DNA from: the human T2T-CHM13v2.0 reference genome, Homo sapiens
Assembly: GCF_009914755.1 (NCBI RefSeq)
Contig: NC_060930.1
Direction: 5' to 3' (one strand)
Length of the DNA stretch: 64,000 nucleotides
The position numbers and the translations under genes are program-made. Each line of letters opens with the position of its first letter. Position 1 is the stretch's first letter. Positions 33,331 to 48,004 of the stretch are shown piece after piece. The notes below the pieces were generated by a model, which saw only the letters and a program-made list of their open reading frames with translations, did no database searches and had not been told where the DNA came from.

Positions 33331-33775
33331 ATTCCCCTTTTCTCATTCATCCTGTGTCTTTGCCTCTATATGTACCCACTGCCTCTAATTTTTGAGATAT
33401 TCTGGAATTGCTTGGTGAAAATTAACTTGCTTCCTGTTTGGCCCTGAATAGAGTGGAGAGGCTGATACCTAAGCTTGCTATCATATAGCTATCACTTTCC
33501 ATTTTCCTGAGTAGTCTTGAAATCTTTCATCTGCTACCATTTTTTTCTTAAATACTTTTTAATTTTGTGATGTTTTCCTTTTTCCTTTAATTTAATTTTG
33601 TAATGTTTTCCTTTTCCCTTTACTGTCATTTTAATAAAATTTCATAAGTGAACAAAGATAAATATCTGCATTCACCTTGACTAATTAAATAATTCCATTC
33701 CATTACTTTCTTAAATATTAATGATGGCATCGTTCTCCAAATCATTGCTTATATACCATATTGATCCTTGATTTT

Positions 33776-34072
33776 TTTTTTTTTTTTTTGAGACAGAATC
33801 TAGCTCTCTTGGCCAGGCTGGAGTGCAATGGCATGATCTCAGCTCACTGCAACCCCTCCGCCTCCCAGGCTCAAGCAATTCTCCTGCCTCAGCCTCTCGA
33901 GTAGCTGGAACTACAGGCGTGTGCCACCATGCCCGGCTAATTTTTGTATTTTTAGTAGAGATGGGGTTTTATCATGTTGGCCAGCTGGTCTCAAACTCCT
34001 GAGCTCAAGTGATTCACCCACCTTGGCCTTCCAAAGTGCTGGGATTTCTGGTGTGAGCCACTACACCCAGCC
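33776..34072 (-). mobile_element. AluS (Sz/Sx-like)
   Basis: TSD tgatccttgatttt at 33762-33775 and 34073-34086. Confidence 0.93.
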
Positions 34073-35376
34073 TGATCCTTGATTTTCCATGACACTTGGC
34101 ATTACTTACAATTTACCTCTGGGTTGCGTGACACTGTAGCTTCCTAGTTCTTCTTCTATGTCTGTTTGTTCCTGATCTCTTTTTCAGATTTCTCATATCT
34201 TTCTCAATTCCAAAGGTTTGAATGAGATAACATATGTTAGTCACTTATTGTGCTGTGTAGCATAAAACCATAAACAATCTTGGGAATTACTTCACATAAT
34301 CTTTTACTTATCCTTATCATGATGCTTACAAATTGAATTGTAATTTCACTGAGGTCAGGATTGAAGTTTAATTTGCCTCTGTGTGTTTAACACCTAGAAC
34401 CATGGTCCATATGTGTGTATATAAAAACATATAATATGCATTGAGTGTTTGTAGAGGGAAGCAAAAAGGACAAGAAGAGACACAAGAAGAAAGGAATTGA
34501 TGTCATTTGCAAAAATGTATAAATTAACCATGTAATATAAAAATAATCAGGATGATTTATTTAGCTTGCTAACAATTTAAAATAAGAAAAACACATATTT
34601 TGGGTGAAAATATCATCAGAGTTTTTATAAAAACTCATAGACAGAAGTGGAAAGTTTCATTCAGATTCATGGCTTTCACACTTTTCACACTTTGTTAGCC
34701 TCACCGCTATAATTAGTTTCAATCTCCTAGATTGCATAGCACAACTTATGCCAGTAACACCAAAAATACACACACACACACACACACACACATGCACACA
34801 CAACATAAACACATGTAAATGTAACTAAAACCTACCAGAAATCATATATCTTGTTCAGAAGTGTTTTAATAAGTCAAATGCATGAAAAATAGCTAATTAT
34901 ATAAAATTTATCTTTTTAAAATTGCATTGAAATGGCTGATAGAAGAGGATACAAAGGGACCCTCCCCACATTGATCCTCCCCACCTCCCAGCCTTTACCC
35001 AGAGATAGTTGTAGAATTAGTCCTATAGGGCAGGAATGGAAAGGCCAGGCTCATCCATGTGAGGAGAGAGCAGGTAAGTTGTGGGTTTTTTGAGGGGAAT
35101 CTACTGTTTCATTTAAAAAATGTCAACATAAAACAAACAAACAAAGACTATATAGGGGACATTTCACATTTTATCTGCACCTACCTAAAGCATTTGAGTA
35201 TTATTGTCCAGAACTTGCTGTATATTCTTTAGTTGTTTCTTTTCCATGCATCCTTTTTCTTTGAGGTTTTCCTCAAGAGCAGAATGCTTCTAAGTTGCTA
35301 GACAAATTCTTGATAACCCAATAAGGCCACCAGTCAGTATGTTTCCTGTCTCCCTACTAGGAGCAGTTTGAACATC

Positions 35377-35514
35377 TTTGTCCAATTTCTGGAATAAAAC
35401 ATCTGAGAAATGACAGTTCACAGTATATGTTAAAACAAATAAATTTTCTGTCCAATTCCTGGAATAAAACATGAGAAATGACAGTTCACAGTATCCGTTA
35501 AAACAAATAAATTT
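35377..35514. repeat. Two-copy ~70-bp tandem duplication
   Basis: tgtccaatt(t/c)ctggaataaaaca...gagaaatgacagttcacagtat..gttaaaacaaataaattt starting at 35379 and 35449. Confidence 0.93.
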
Positions 35515-38279
35515 ACAGGAATACTTAAAATTCATACAATGTGAGATTTTTTCCAGAAACAAGTCATACCCACTCATTCCTAAGTTAACCAACAGGACAC
35601 AGCCCTGGTGATGGCTTTCTGAGGATGACACGATGGAGGCTTCTCCAATAGCTCTAAAACTGCGGTGTGGAAAACATTCGGCAGCCTCAAAGAGCGGTCT
35701 TGTTGACCCCAACTATATCATTTTTCATCAAAATCATTCTTGGTAAGTCTTATGCCCAAGGAGTTATTTTCCTTAGCAACATCATGGTATGGAGGGATTT
35801 GCTATAGGATAGGTCCTGAATATTCTTGCTTTTTTTCTGACTTAACTTTGAAAAGAAGTCCTAGACTAAATTCAACCCTGCTCTTTCAAATAGCTTCCTC
35901 AAAAATATAAAAAAAATCTTTTAAGTCTGCTTTTCTCTGCACATGGCCCTCTACACAACATCCATAGATACAGTAGAGACATAGATGAAAGATGGGTGTA
36001 ACCGAGAACAGGTTTGTATACCAATTTCCATAATTATCAATGTATCAGATTTTATAGATTGATAAGGAAGCGTGGGCCCCAAGGTAGGCATTATCTTTGG
36101 CCTGTTGATTGTCCACTGGCAAAGTCTGTAATTTTGAAGTTGTATTAACAACAACAGGTTGTTGCATCATCTAACACAAATGAATGCATCCATTTGGAAT
36201 ATACAAGAGAAGACCATATGATTCTGAGGAAGGGGCTCGAAGCACTCTCTTCTGGGGAATTCAACTTCATATCAGTGAGGTGAAGTGGATATAAGAAAAA
36301 TGCTGTGTGTGTGGAGAGCATTAAGAAAGGTCATATATTTCAAAAAAGAATATTGTTTACAAGGAGTGTTAATAGGTTTCAGGGGAAATGTTAATTTTTT
36401 TTCCTGGATGAAATAGCTACTGCAAGTTTTTAATGGTTAATCATTCATTCTTGAATTTTTATATTAAGCATTTCATATTACTTTATTGACTTAACTTTTA
36501 TGCTCTTCTTCATTTTGACAGTAAAGAATGACCAGGCAACACTCTTTGAAAATTGGAGGCCATTTGCAGCTGCTCTCTGTTGAGGAAAGTGAATAATAGG
36601 GTGCCCTCAAGGAATTGCAAAGGTATCACTCAACAGAAACTTTCGTGTCTGAAGAAAACTAGATCATTTTATCATGGTAGGCATGCTGATATGTTTGCTT
36701 TAATAAAATGCCATATTTCTGCCTTTAATCTCTTGTCAACCCGCTATTAAAAAGCCCCAAAGTGCATGTGTGCAGCGCATGTAAACACTTGTGGTTTTGA
36801 GGTTACCACAGAACATACTAATAAAGCATGTAATTTGTGTTTTGTGCACAGACTGTAATAATTTATTGAGTGGTACAGAGAAGCTAGAAAAGGATTTTCT
36901 CTAACTTTTGCCAGCAAGTCAATTTATTTTTAGTGCTCTATGCAGAAGTACATGTATACACATGTTCTTATGATTACATCATGTTTAAAAAGCATTAGGG
37001 AGCCTGCATAACAAAATGGGACAAAACATAAATTCATTTTGCACATACGGAAGACATTCTATCAAGCATGCTAATGTTCCTCCTATAAGCTGATCAGCTG
37101 GGAGGTGTGGCATATATTCTTCCACAAAGGGTGTGTGTTTGTGTGTGTGTGTGTGTGCATGTTTGTGTGCGTGTTGAGCACTGACAATACATTAGCAGAG
37201 TATAGATCAAGTAAGTTCAAGTAAATTAAGACGAATAATAATAGCAAGAACTTTTATAAACTTTACCAACTTTATCCCCAGTCCCCCTGGGGGAGGAGGG
37301 CAGAGAACAATGTTGTTCCTTCTTTTATATGGAATAACAAAACGTATAATGGTTGGGTCACTTCTAGAGGGTCCTAGAAGAGCTCATTGCCAGACTACAG
37401 CTTCCACCATGATTGTTTGGGTAGCCAATTTATCTGTTTATGTAAGATCCTTACAGGTAAGAACCATCAGGTTGTATACCACTTAGCTTTTTGCTTTCAC
37501 TTCTTCCCTTGTGAGGTTCCTTGCACACAACAAATCATCCACACAGATGCATAATTTGAAAGGAAAGGTCTTGAGCTTATGGAAGAAATACATACCAGTT
37601 TCTGGAAAATTCTGTGAAATTCTGTAGTTGGAAAATAATTCTGTGAAATTCTATGCTTTATTTACTCAAACAAAAAACACATTCAGTTTAGAAATAACGT
37701 CTGTGCCCAGAAGAAATAGGTGTTAGATACTCAAAACGTGTTTATTCCAAAAAGATGCAAGATTTCTCTCCTGGAAAGCAATTCACCACTCTCTATGCTT
37801 CTTTTTCTTTCTGAGAAGTCTTATACACATAACAGTTTTCAATGCACAGATGGATCTTCTGTGGTTCACAACCTTTTACATTTGAGGGCTAATTAAAATG
37901 AATCCTTTGTGCCACCTCTAAGATACAACTCACTCCTTCATGTTGTTCATTGACTAAGATCTAATAAACCAGTTCCAATTCATAACTAGGGATTATTGAA
38001 CTTCTTGTGGCCATTGGCTATCATAGAGGCATTGTGAAAATCTCTAAGGAGACAAGTGCACAGCAGCCTGGCCCGGAGGGTCCTCTTATTTGAAGTAGAA
38101 CTCAAGTTGCACCCAATTATGTAAGGCTGATCCAACCCAGAAAAGAGTTTTCTGCAAGAGATTAAGCCAATTCTCCAGAACTCTAAGGAGGAAATCAAGA
38201 TCCTTGTGGCTGTTTGATCACTTCTGTGATTTGAATGTCTCCACGGTTTAATCATTTGCTTACATAATGAGGACATTAC

Positions 38280-38470
38280 AGAGAGAAGAGATGAGGGTAG
38301 GGGAAGAGAAGGAAGGGAAAGTGAAAAATAAGAAGGAAAAGGAAAAGAAAGAAGAAAAGGAAAGAAAGAAAGAAGTAGAAAGGAAAGAAGGGATGGAGGA
38401 AGGAGAGGTGGGAAGAGGTGAGATGCAAGGCGCGGAGAGGAGAAGAGGAAGGAAGAAAAGAAGAAAGAAA
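38280..38470. repeat. GA-rich low-complexity tract
   Basis: Read directly. Confidence 0.9.
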
Positions 38471-41309
38471 TTGGTCAGAAAACCATATATCATTAAAATG
38501 TTTATCTTGCACATGTTGGATGGTACTAGTTTTCTAGTATCAGAGGTACTGGAGTCAATGCTAATTTTAAAAAGCCAGGAACAAACATTTTCAAACTGTT
38601 AAAAATTATGATTTGGAAGGCTTTTTGATTGGCATAAAATGTAACAGATATAAAAAGTAGAGATTAGCTATTTAAGTAGCTAGGTTAAAAGAAGCTTAAT
38701 CAGGGCTCTTTTGCTTAGTAGCCTTTTTAATATTAATATGTGGGTTTCTCAGCCATACATGGATGCCAAATCATCTTTCATGATCAAATTTAACTGATCA
38801 AATGTGTTTTAACATACACATAAAGATGGGAGTAGGGTGGGGGCACAAATACATACAAAAAATTCAGAGTCAAAACAAAGTTAGTTCCCAGGATCATGTT
38901 TTAAATCTGTAACTCTGTAAGGTTGCAAAGGTTCATGCATATCAAACTCACTTTATTTTATTTTAATGTGGTAATCAAAACATCTGTTGAAACATTTTAG
39001 ATAAAGATGGGCAGGTTTGAAGAATAATGACAAATGTGAATCAATTTAGAACACCAGTATAGACTATATTTTAAGTTAAAATTACTTACATATTAAATAA
39101 GCACCCATTACTAGTTTTTGTAATGCTTTTATCTTTGTTAAACAAAATGTCATACCCAAAGGTTATAATTTCTATTTAAAGAGATTAATGCAAAATAATT
39201 CTGTGATTGCAGTAGAAACCATTGATATCAAAACACAGCATTCACATCACAGGACACAATCCAAGTTGTAACTCACTAAATATACTCTACATAAATGTAA
39301 GATCTGTGACAACCACTTTTTTCCTCAGTAAGAAGACTGAAGGAAAGACAATAGTAGTTTTTCAAAAAAATTTTCCTCTAAGCTTATGTGTACATATTTC
39401 CTTATAATGAGCTCTAGAACTAACTGAAGAGTGAAAAATCCCACAGTTAAAAAGTCATAAGTTCAGTGTCCCAAGAGTTTAGGTAATGACAGTGGTTTTA
39501 CACTACACTAATGTTTTACACTAATCATTGATCTTTTATAAGAATTTCCAAGTTCAATATTTTAAGATCACAGCTTTCCACAATTTAAGTTTACGTAGAT
39601 ATAAAATATTTAGATATAGATTCAGGTACATCTGGCCTAGATCTTGTTGATTGTGACCTCTGCAATACAATTACTAGCTGTATTTTTTAGAATGTTATAA
39701 TTTGCACTTGTTCAACTTCAATGCATACCTTTCATATTCGAAGTAATCATTAATTCTGAAGGAGCATTAAAAAATAATCCTACGGTCTGTCAGACTTTGA
39801 GCCTAACTAGTTCAAAGTATCAGTAAATTGAAATACAAAACCTACTAAATTCTGATATCGAGAAAACTTCATTAATTCTTACATTCATTCAGTCAGTCGT
39901 CCATGTAGACTTGGTAGGTTCTAAATAAATATATGCTAAATGGAAGAATGAATGAATGAATAAACTTTTATGTATCTAGTGCATAGCTCTCATATGTTAA
40001 ATGGTCACTAACTCTGAGTGAACATTAAACAAAAACATTCTAGTTGCTGGTGATCGTGTAGTAAGCATGACAGATTAAGTTTCTTACCCTCATGGAGCTT
40101 ACATTCTAATGATGAAATTTCATCAAAACTATTTATTCATTTCAAACCAAACACCAAGGCAATTGGGCAAATATTCTTTTCTCATTTTCTTTTAGAACTC
40201 TTATGGTTTTCTTTTCTTTTTACCAGGGACACGCTGCGGATGGCTTGAGATTAGTATCTGCGCAGGTGCCATTCTCACAGTGTGTGCTGTGAGAATGTCG
40301 CAGACGTGTGCTGCTACTCTGGCACTCACACTTGTCCAGGCTGTTTCTTAGGTGGTCATCTTGCCTGTGGTATCAGAAAAAGGGATTTCTACTTAGTATT
40401 AAGAAGTTGAAACCAAAGTAGAAAATATTCATCCTTTGCTTTCCCCAAACAATTCTTCTGCCTAGAAATGTCAACAACTTAACCACATGCAAATACCCAT
40501 TTGTGGACAAATGTGTACAAAAGACATTTGGGGTTCCCCTCTTTGAGACTAGATTAAAGCTGACCATATAGATAGGGAAGAAAACTGTTTTTCTCTGTAG
40601 CATCATATTGCTGCTTTGTATATTTTCTGATAGAGTAGCATCAGGTCCTCTGGCTGCTTTATTGAAATCATCTTTGACGTTTCTAACAAGGAAATTTCCT
40701 GTGCAAAACTCTAGTTAGAGATTTCAGTGACTTGTATCACCAAGAGGAGGACCATCAGCATGCAGTGGAGGTCTAGGCTTCAGACATGTGAGGCACACTG
40801 AGGAGCAGCTTTATTTGCAAGAGGTATTAGGAATCTTCCTAACAAAGTTGACCTTCAGGATGGGAGAAATCAAAGCACAGACCATAGATCCAAAAAAAAT
40901 GGCTTCTGGTCAGAAAAGGTGATCTGAGATTAGGGGAAGATGTGTCATCAATATCATCCCCTGGTCCAGCCCTGTGAAATCACACCTGAGTGGTAGAGAA
41001 ATATCTATGAAAAAATAGTAAAACAGAAACAAATGTTTCTGTCTGGCAGACAGGCAGCTGCATGGCTTTCAGGGCCAGGTAGAGGGGACATCACATGTAC
41101 ATGGTGGCAGCGGGATGTCCCCAGGTAGCAGAAAGTCGCAGGTGGCTCATCAGAGACCCTAAAGAACTAGCCCCCTACTTGTAGGTGTCAGTGGCTGTGG
41201 TAGGAGTGGCCATAGATAGTTTCTGGTTACACAAGATTGGTGTGGGAACAGCATGACCACGAGAAAAATCTGGGTTGACGGCCCCAGGGAGCTGGAGCAG
41301 AATATTAAC

Positions 41310-41520
41310 AATAGTAGCTAGCATTTGAGTGCTGCCCATGTGCTTGAAAATGTTCTAGGTGATTTACCTTTATTAGCTCCTATAATTCTCAAAACGACCT
41401 CGAGTTAGGTCTTTCTATTATTCCTATTTTATAGACAAAGCAGTGGAGCCACAGAGAGGTTAAGTAACTTGCCCAATGTCACACAGCAAAAAGTGGCAGA
41501 GCCACAATTTTAATTTGGGT
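41310..41520 (-). mobile_element. MIR (representative; similar relics near 1750, 2400, 12240, 13350, 15110, 41800, 43790, 59170, 60320)
   Basis: MIR core cacagagaggttaagtaacttgcccaatgtcacacagc. Confidence 0.75.
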
Positions 41521-42029
41521 TGAAGAGGAAAATAGATAATGCATATTCCTAGGATCTGAGAGATGTTTGAGGTGAGGGGGAATGAGAGGCTCTCCTTTGA
41601 AAGAAGCAGCAGGGGGTACTGAAACAGAGTAGAAGAGTGTGAAAGCTGGTGGGGTTGTTGTTGTTGTTGTTTTTAGTCCTAAGTTAGTGGCATGAAAGCA
41701 CTGCCCTGGAAGCGATGGAGCAGCAAGTGCTCTACCCACATGGAAGTCTTTGGGACCTGCACTTCAATGAGCGCAGAGAGGAAAAGGAGAGAAGAACCAA
41801 CACAACTGAAGCACCTACGAGCGTCAGGCACTGGCCCAGGTGTGTGCCATCGGCCATTTTCATCTCTATTTCATAGTTTAGGAAACAAACTCAGAGAAGC
41901 TAAGCACATTTCCCAAGTTCCCACAGCTGTAAAGTTGCAGAAACGGGATTCAAATGCAGGTCTGATTAAATCCAAAAGTCATACTTTTCTCAGAGTACCA
42001 CACTGCTTCTTCCCAAGACACATACTAAT

Positions 42030-42170
42030 GGGGAAAGGGAGGGTGTGGATCAGGTACTATGCTTATTACCTGGCTGACAAAATCATCTGTATACCAAACC
42101 CTCGTGAAACGCAGTTTACCTGTATAACAAGCCTCCACATGTACCCCTGAACCTAAAAGTTTAAAAAATT
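42030..42170 (+). mobile_element. Short old L1PA (PA15/16-like) 3' end
   Basis: gtactatgcttattacctggctgacaaaatcatctgtataccaaaccc...catgtacccctgaacctaaaa. Confidence 0.7.
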
Positions 42171-42449
42171 TTAAGGTAAAAACATGAAATTATCCATAGA
42201 ACATATTAAATTGGAATTTCACTTGAATCAAACATTGCTCAGGACACAATTTATTGAGATTTTATTCCTCTATTTATTATATAATTACAAGGAATGAAAA
42301 TCATGAGCAGTGTTTCAAAGCATTCATCTATTAACTGGAAGGTTTTAACCAAATGCATCTCTGCTGCTTTCGATCAGGCCAAGGACAAAGGTTAAACAAG
42401 GTAACTTGCCCATATGCTTAGGAAGCACTTTGAAAACAAGACCATAACT

Positions 42450-42746
<297 letters not shown>

Positions 42747-43286
42747 AACCGTAACTATTCTGTAGAAACTGGTATGGTTAGTCAAAACCACTCATGCACA
42801 AAGCATACTATCAGATTCACTCACAGTGATTTTCCTAAATGTTTATATTAATTAAATGGCCTAATGCTGCCATAAAATATTTCTCTTCTGCTGTCTTTCT
42901 TAGCCCACATACCATGCTAAATGTCAGCTAGGAGAGCTCAGAGGGCAGTCCCTGATTTTAATGAGTTGTATTCTGAAAGTAGTTTAGAAATGGAATTCAT
43001 TGTTTCAGAAAATAATTGTTATAAACATAGGTAACTATGAAGCTAGTTCACTTAATTTATCTGACAGATTAAGTGAGCATAGCAGAAGGAGTCTGAGGGA
43101 GTTGAGAAGATACCTTTGGTGTCATGAGAACAGGGTTTTGACTCTCTGAGAGAAGGAACATCACTCCTCTTTCCTAAATCATATATTATAAGCCTCATTT
43201 GTGAGTAACGGGAGTATTAGCAACCCCTCTCTAGCTCTTCTTGTGTGCCAGACACAGTTCTAAGTCTTCTCTGTTTTCATTCATTC

Positions 43287-43780
43287 TGCAGCCACACCAG
43301 ACCAATCTGGTTCAATTTTTATGTAACAAAGTTGCGAATTGTCTTTCAGCTGCCATGGACCCCCGAGTTGAAGGTCGTATAACCTCAGCCTGCCCAAATG
43401 AACCAAGCACACAACCACAGGGGGAACCCAAGAGTTCCAGTGGGAGAGCTGGAAGAGGAGGGACCAATGTGAGAAGTGGACACCATATGGCAGGATCCAG
43501 GATCCAATCAGACTGAGCCCTGGGGTCACCCCATGGAAGGATCCACTTGGATCATGCCTCCTGGCATCACCTACTGCAAGATCCAATCAGATCACACCTC
43601 CTTACCCTATGCTTATAAAACCCCACCCAGCCCCCAGCCCGAAGATACAGATTTGAGTATTTCCTCCTGTTTCCTTACCAGTCGATTTGCAATAAAGCTT
43701 TTTTTTTTTTCCTAAAGTTGGTGCTGTGGTATTGGCTTCTATGAGCATTGGGTGGGAAGCTCATTGATTGCTTTGTAACA
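43287..43780 (+). mobile_element. Solo ERV LTR (LTR47-like) inserted into a MIR
   Basis: TG...CA termini, attc on both flanks, repeated GATCCAATCAGA boxes, TATAAAA ~43614, AATAAA 43691. MIR-like sequence on both sides. Confidence 0.75.
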
Positions 43781-45379
43781 ATTCCTACAACAATTTTCTG
43801 AGGTGAGGACTATAATTGTTCCCATTTTACCAAAGAGAAAGAGGAGACACAGAGAGGTTAAGGGATTTTCCCAAGGTCACACAGCTGGTAAACGGAACCC
43901 ACTCGACTGACATCAGGAGAGGAAGGTATTCAACAGCCAGACACCCTGAACTCACAGGTCTTAGCACATTGTAACCACCCTCGATGAAAGGAAAAGGCAA
44001 GATTAGGAAACATCTCTCTGTGATGATCCAGAAGACTATCTGAATAGGCGCTGGAAGTGCAACAGGTTTACTGTTCAACGCTAAGAGTTTCTAAGAGACT
44101 TCAAATGGTAAGGTAGTAACACCCACAGGAGAAAGCCACAGAAGTGTAAGTCTTCATGGTGAACTTCAGCCTACAAAGATCGTAAACACCCGGCCATACA
44201 TTGCTGGGCACAAATTTGCTATGGCATCATGACTTTGTAATAGATTTCCGTAAACATAGGTTAAATGTTCTGTTTTTCTTCCCTCCACTAGAACTTTAAG
44301 GCTACCCTTTCCTGTTACATTCCTATAAAAACTCAAAGGTAGATTCTTATCTTTCACCAGGGAGACTTTGGGGTATACAGATAATAGTCACAGCCGTGTG
44401 TGTTTGATTTATTGGTCAGGCCATGGTAGTGTTGTGTATGGCCATTGGTGTTCAAGGTTTAAGTGTTGCATGCTTCCTAGTGGGACTATTATATTTTGAG
44501 TACACTTCTTGCAATTCTTTTTTTTTCTTCTTTTCTATATTTAATCTCAGATTGTACCATAAAAGTAACCAGCTGCAGAAACGGAAGACATCCAAAGTCC
44601 TGTGGAGTGGATAACCTGAAAAGGCTGATAGGATCTTTTTAGTCTCAGTGGAGCAAGGCCAGAGGGCAGTGTTTGGTGTGGTGTTTGCTAACCAGAGTGC
44701 TCTCCTTTTATTTTACACCAGAGTCCGTCCTGTGACGTGGAGTACGCAGTGTGCTGAAATGGGAGAAGCTGTCTTTTTTATAGGTCTTATGTGTGAGCAA
44801 GCCTGGTTTGCTTAATTACAAAAACGTGGTGATGCCAGAGATCTGATAAACTATCGAGAGATTGAAAATCAGGTTTTGGGCATATCTATCTCCTGTGATG
44901 CCTTTAATTCCGTTGGAGCAACATGGTATAGATAGGTTAATCTCGAAATGCCTCTAGGCAAATTCAGTCCTTTTCTTAGTTTCTTCCAAATACCAGGATC
45001 ATTTTATACCCATGGATTATTTGTGCAATACTTTTCCTCGGTAAGTTAGTTAATGAAAGTAAAACCTCTGGAGAAACTACACTTATATCTGGTTTCTATA
45101 TTGATCCATTTAATATCTTTTTCCTCTCCTTTTTGGGAACTTAATCCAGTAGACGGTGTTTTTGTCTGTGACAGCATGGTTAAAATAAATCTCAATTTGA
45201 GGGGAGGGCATCTCCACAGTAACGACTTGTGTGATTTAGAAGCGGCATCAAACATTCTGCCTCTGTTCCTCTATTTGCAAAAAGGATCATTCTCGTGGTC
45301 CTTATAGGAAAGAGGGGAATGCATTATAGATCCATGATAAAAATGTACTCGCCCAGTGCCTCCCTGTTTCTCCACTGAG

Positions 45380-45790
45380 TCTATTTATTCATTCTTTCAA
45401 TAAATATTTTTTGTATTCCAATTACGTACCAAGCCCCGTGCTAGGTACTGAAGGTATGGCATTCTGTATGTCACAGAGTTTCTATTTTTTCAGGTAAGAT
45501 AGACAGATACAAAGAGCAAATAATAAAGTGTTAGGTGTCCTTGTACGAAAGGCACAGGGGACCTTAGAAGCACGTGGCAGAATTTCATTTAGCAACATAG
45601 AAAAGGAAGGGTGGTAAGAAATGAGGCTGGAGAGGGTCTGAAATGCTATGGCCGGGGGAAGACTTCAAAGAGTGGAACAGGCAAGAGGGGCTTAATCACA
45701 TGTACAGTTTAGAATGCTACCCCTGGGTCCAATGTGGAGAATGGTCGGGAGGAGATGGATAGCTTTAGGGTGCTTAATAATGTTTTTTGT
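45380..45790 (-). mobile_element. L2 3' fragment (similar relics near 28430/29345, 34300, 39900, 55500)
   Basis: attcattctttcaataaatattt...gtgctaggtactg, the typical L2 3' terminus in reverse. Confidence 0.6.
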
Positions 45791-46000
45791 TGAATAGTAT
45801 ACCCTTCAAAGCCTAAAAACATCAAAATCCTACTAATCCCCACATAAGAGTCATTGGAAATGGATTCTTAGCCTACTTCATTTTTTATAACCTTTTTTGG
45901 AAGAGCCTATTGTAGGGTTTTTATATTATCCATGACGGCAATAAGAAAAGATTCTCAAGTGAGAATCACTCTTCCATAGGCTTATCTAGAATTATTTTTT

Positions 46001-46006
46001 ATCATT

Positions 46007-46048
<42 letters not shown>
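46001..46048. repeat. (ATC)n trinucleotide repeat
   Basis: Read directly. Confidence 0.95.
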
Positions 46049-48004
46049 TAGCATAGATAGTCCCAGAAATAGGAGAGTTGCCTTTTGGAGAAGATCAGCC
46101 TTGGTGACACAATGCTCAGCAAGTTTAGTTATAGCTCCTCCCCTTTTACTCCTATTCATTTAAATATTGGGACGGGCAGCTGAGAATGGCAGTTTTGGAA
46201 GACCCCCTCCTTCAAGTCTTGCACGATTGGAAAGATTTCTCTTAGTTCCCTTACCTTTGCAAGCTGGTTTGTTTCCTACTGCCTTGTATGTACCACATGT
46301 ATTCACCAGTTTTGGTACAGTGTATTGCTGGTTCATGAGGTATCTGCTGGAATCCATGTCCCCTCTTTGTCTTTCTTTAATTTAAATCTGGCCCCAATCA
46401 TATCATGCTATTTTAATTGTTTGGAGGTGCCAGCCCCTGGTTGGGCAGCTCCAGGCCTCACTCCCATCCATCCTTGATAAATGAGGAAACAAAAAACCAA
46501 AGAGGCTGGTATAATAGGACTTGAAGAAAATGCCCTTTCCTTACCTTTGTTTTTTCTATATCAGCCCAAGCTGTTTGTGTTCTCTGATACTCTTTTTTCC
46601 CAAGACAGAAGTGAAGGAAACAGAATCAGACTGTGAACATTCAAAAACAATACAAACAGAATACATTTAATAGAAATAAAACAAATTCCTCACAGAAAAT
46701 TAACTGTCTCTGAAACTTTCTAGAAATTATCATAAAGAATTTGGTTATTAACAGTAACATTTATTTAGGAAATATAATTTTAAGGATTTTCTAAAAATGA
46801 GTATGGGCTTATTTTATTTAAGGCCTTGTATGTGCTTCAGCAAAAATGATTTTGTAACTTAAAGCCATGTAAAGTATAAATTAAAATACTGACTTTTTGA
46901 TTGCTTTATTTACTTTCTTAGCCTGAATAACTATGTATCTATCTATACACACGCATATATATAATATATACATATATATGTATATGTGTGTATATATATA
47001 TATATAACTGAGTAACTTTCTACATCTATCTAGATAGCTAGCTACTACATAATACACTGATGACTACTAATAAAATCCTGAGGTTTAAAATAGAAGCTCT
47101 AGGACAGTTTCATATATATTCATTCATCAACTTACAACATAATGGACTAAGAGCTTTCTAAACAAAGGAACACATTTATGGAATTTAAATATTCTACTTA
47201 CTTGTTTTACATAACTATTTTACATGTATAAGGTCTCTGAGGTATTAGGAAACATGAAAATTATTTAATATAACATCACCAGATGGATGAATACCTCTAT
47301 AACAGCCATAATAAGAGGTCATCTCACTTTTTTGTACATACCTAGTGATGTAAAATGTGCCATCTCTCTTGAAAGCTAGATATATTTTCAGGCAAAATAA
47401 TTATCAGACAGTCCTTTCTTACAATGAGCCAATATCTTCCTTTCTGCAACGTTCTCCTGCTTTGTTTTCTTTTTGCCCTCCAAGAGTCTCAGAGAATGAA
47501 ACAAATCTCTCTTTCACCTGACAATGCTTCAGATATTTAGAGGCAGCTATTATAGTCTAGTCTTTTTCCATCACTTATTAAACATCCTTGAAATTTTTAA
47601 CTATTACTTGGAATTTTGTTTGTTAAAGACCTGTTGAATCCCCACATCCAGATCCAAACACAATGCTGCTGAACAGGACAGGGCAGAGTTACCAGCCACC
47701 TTCATTAACTTTTAAATAACAAAAGAAGTTTTGTTCTTCATCTTCTCTAACAAATGCGCAGAAGAAGGTGGGCATTTGATTGACAGGTATCTTTACAATC
47801 TTTTGTGATTGCCTTTTGATTTTTGACTAAGATTTGCTTAAGTGTATATGATAAAATATATACAAAAAAGAAATGAAATCAGAAATAACATCAGGCTTTC
47901 ATTTAAAAAAATACAAATTATTGCTCAAATTAAAGAGTTTCTCATTGGAACTTTGTTCTTTTAGGTTATTAAATGGAAAATAGAAAAATGTGAATTGTAC
48001 CTCA

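Noticed and set aside
35377-35514. Direct repeats resembling a CRISPR or other array
   Set aside because: Only two adjacent copies, no spacers, and a primate genomic context.
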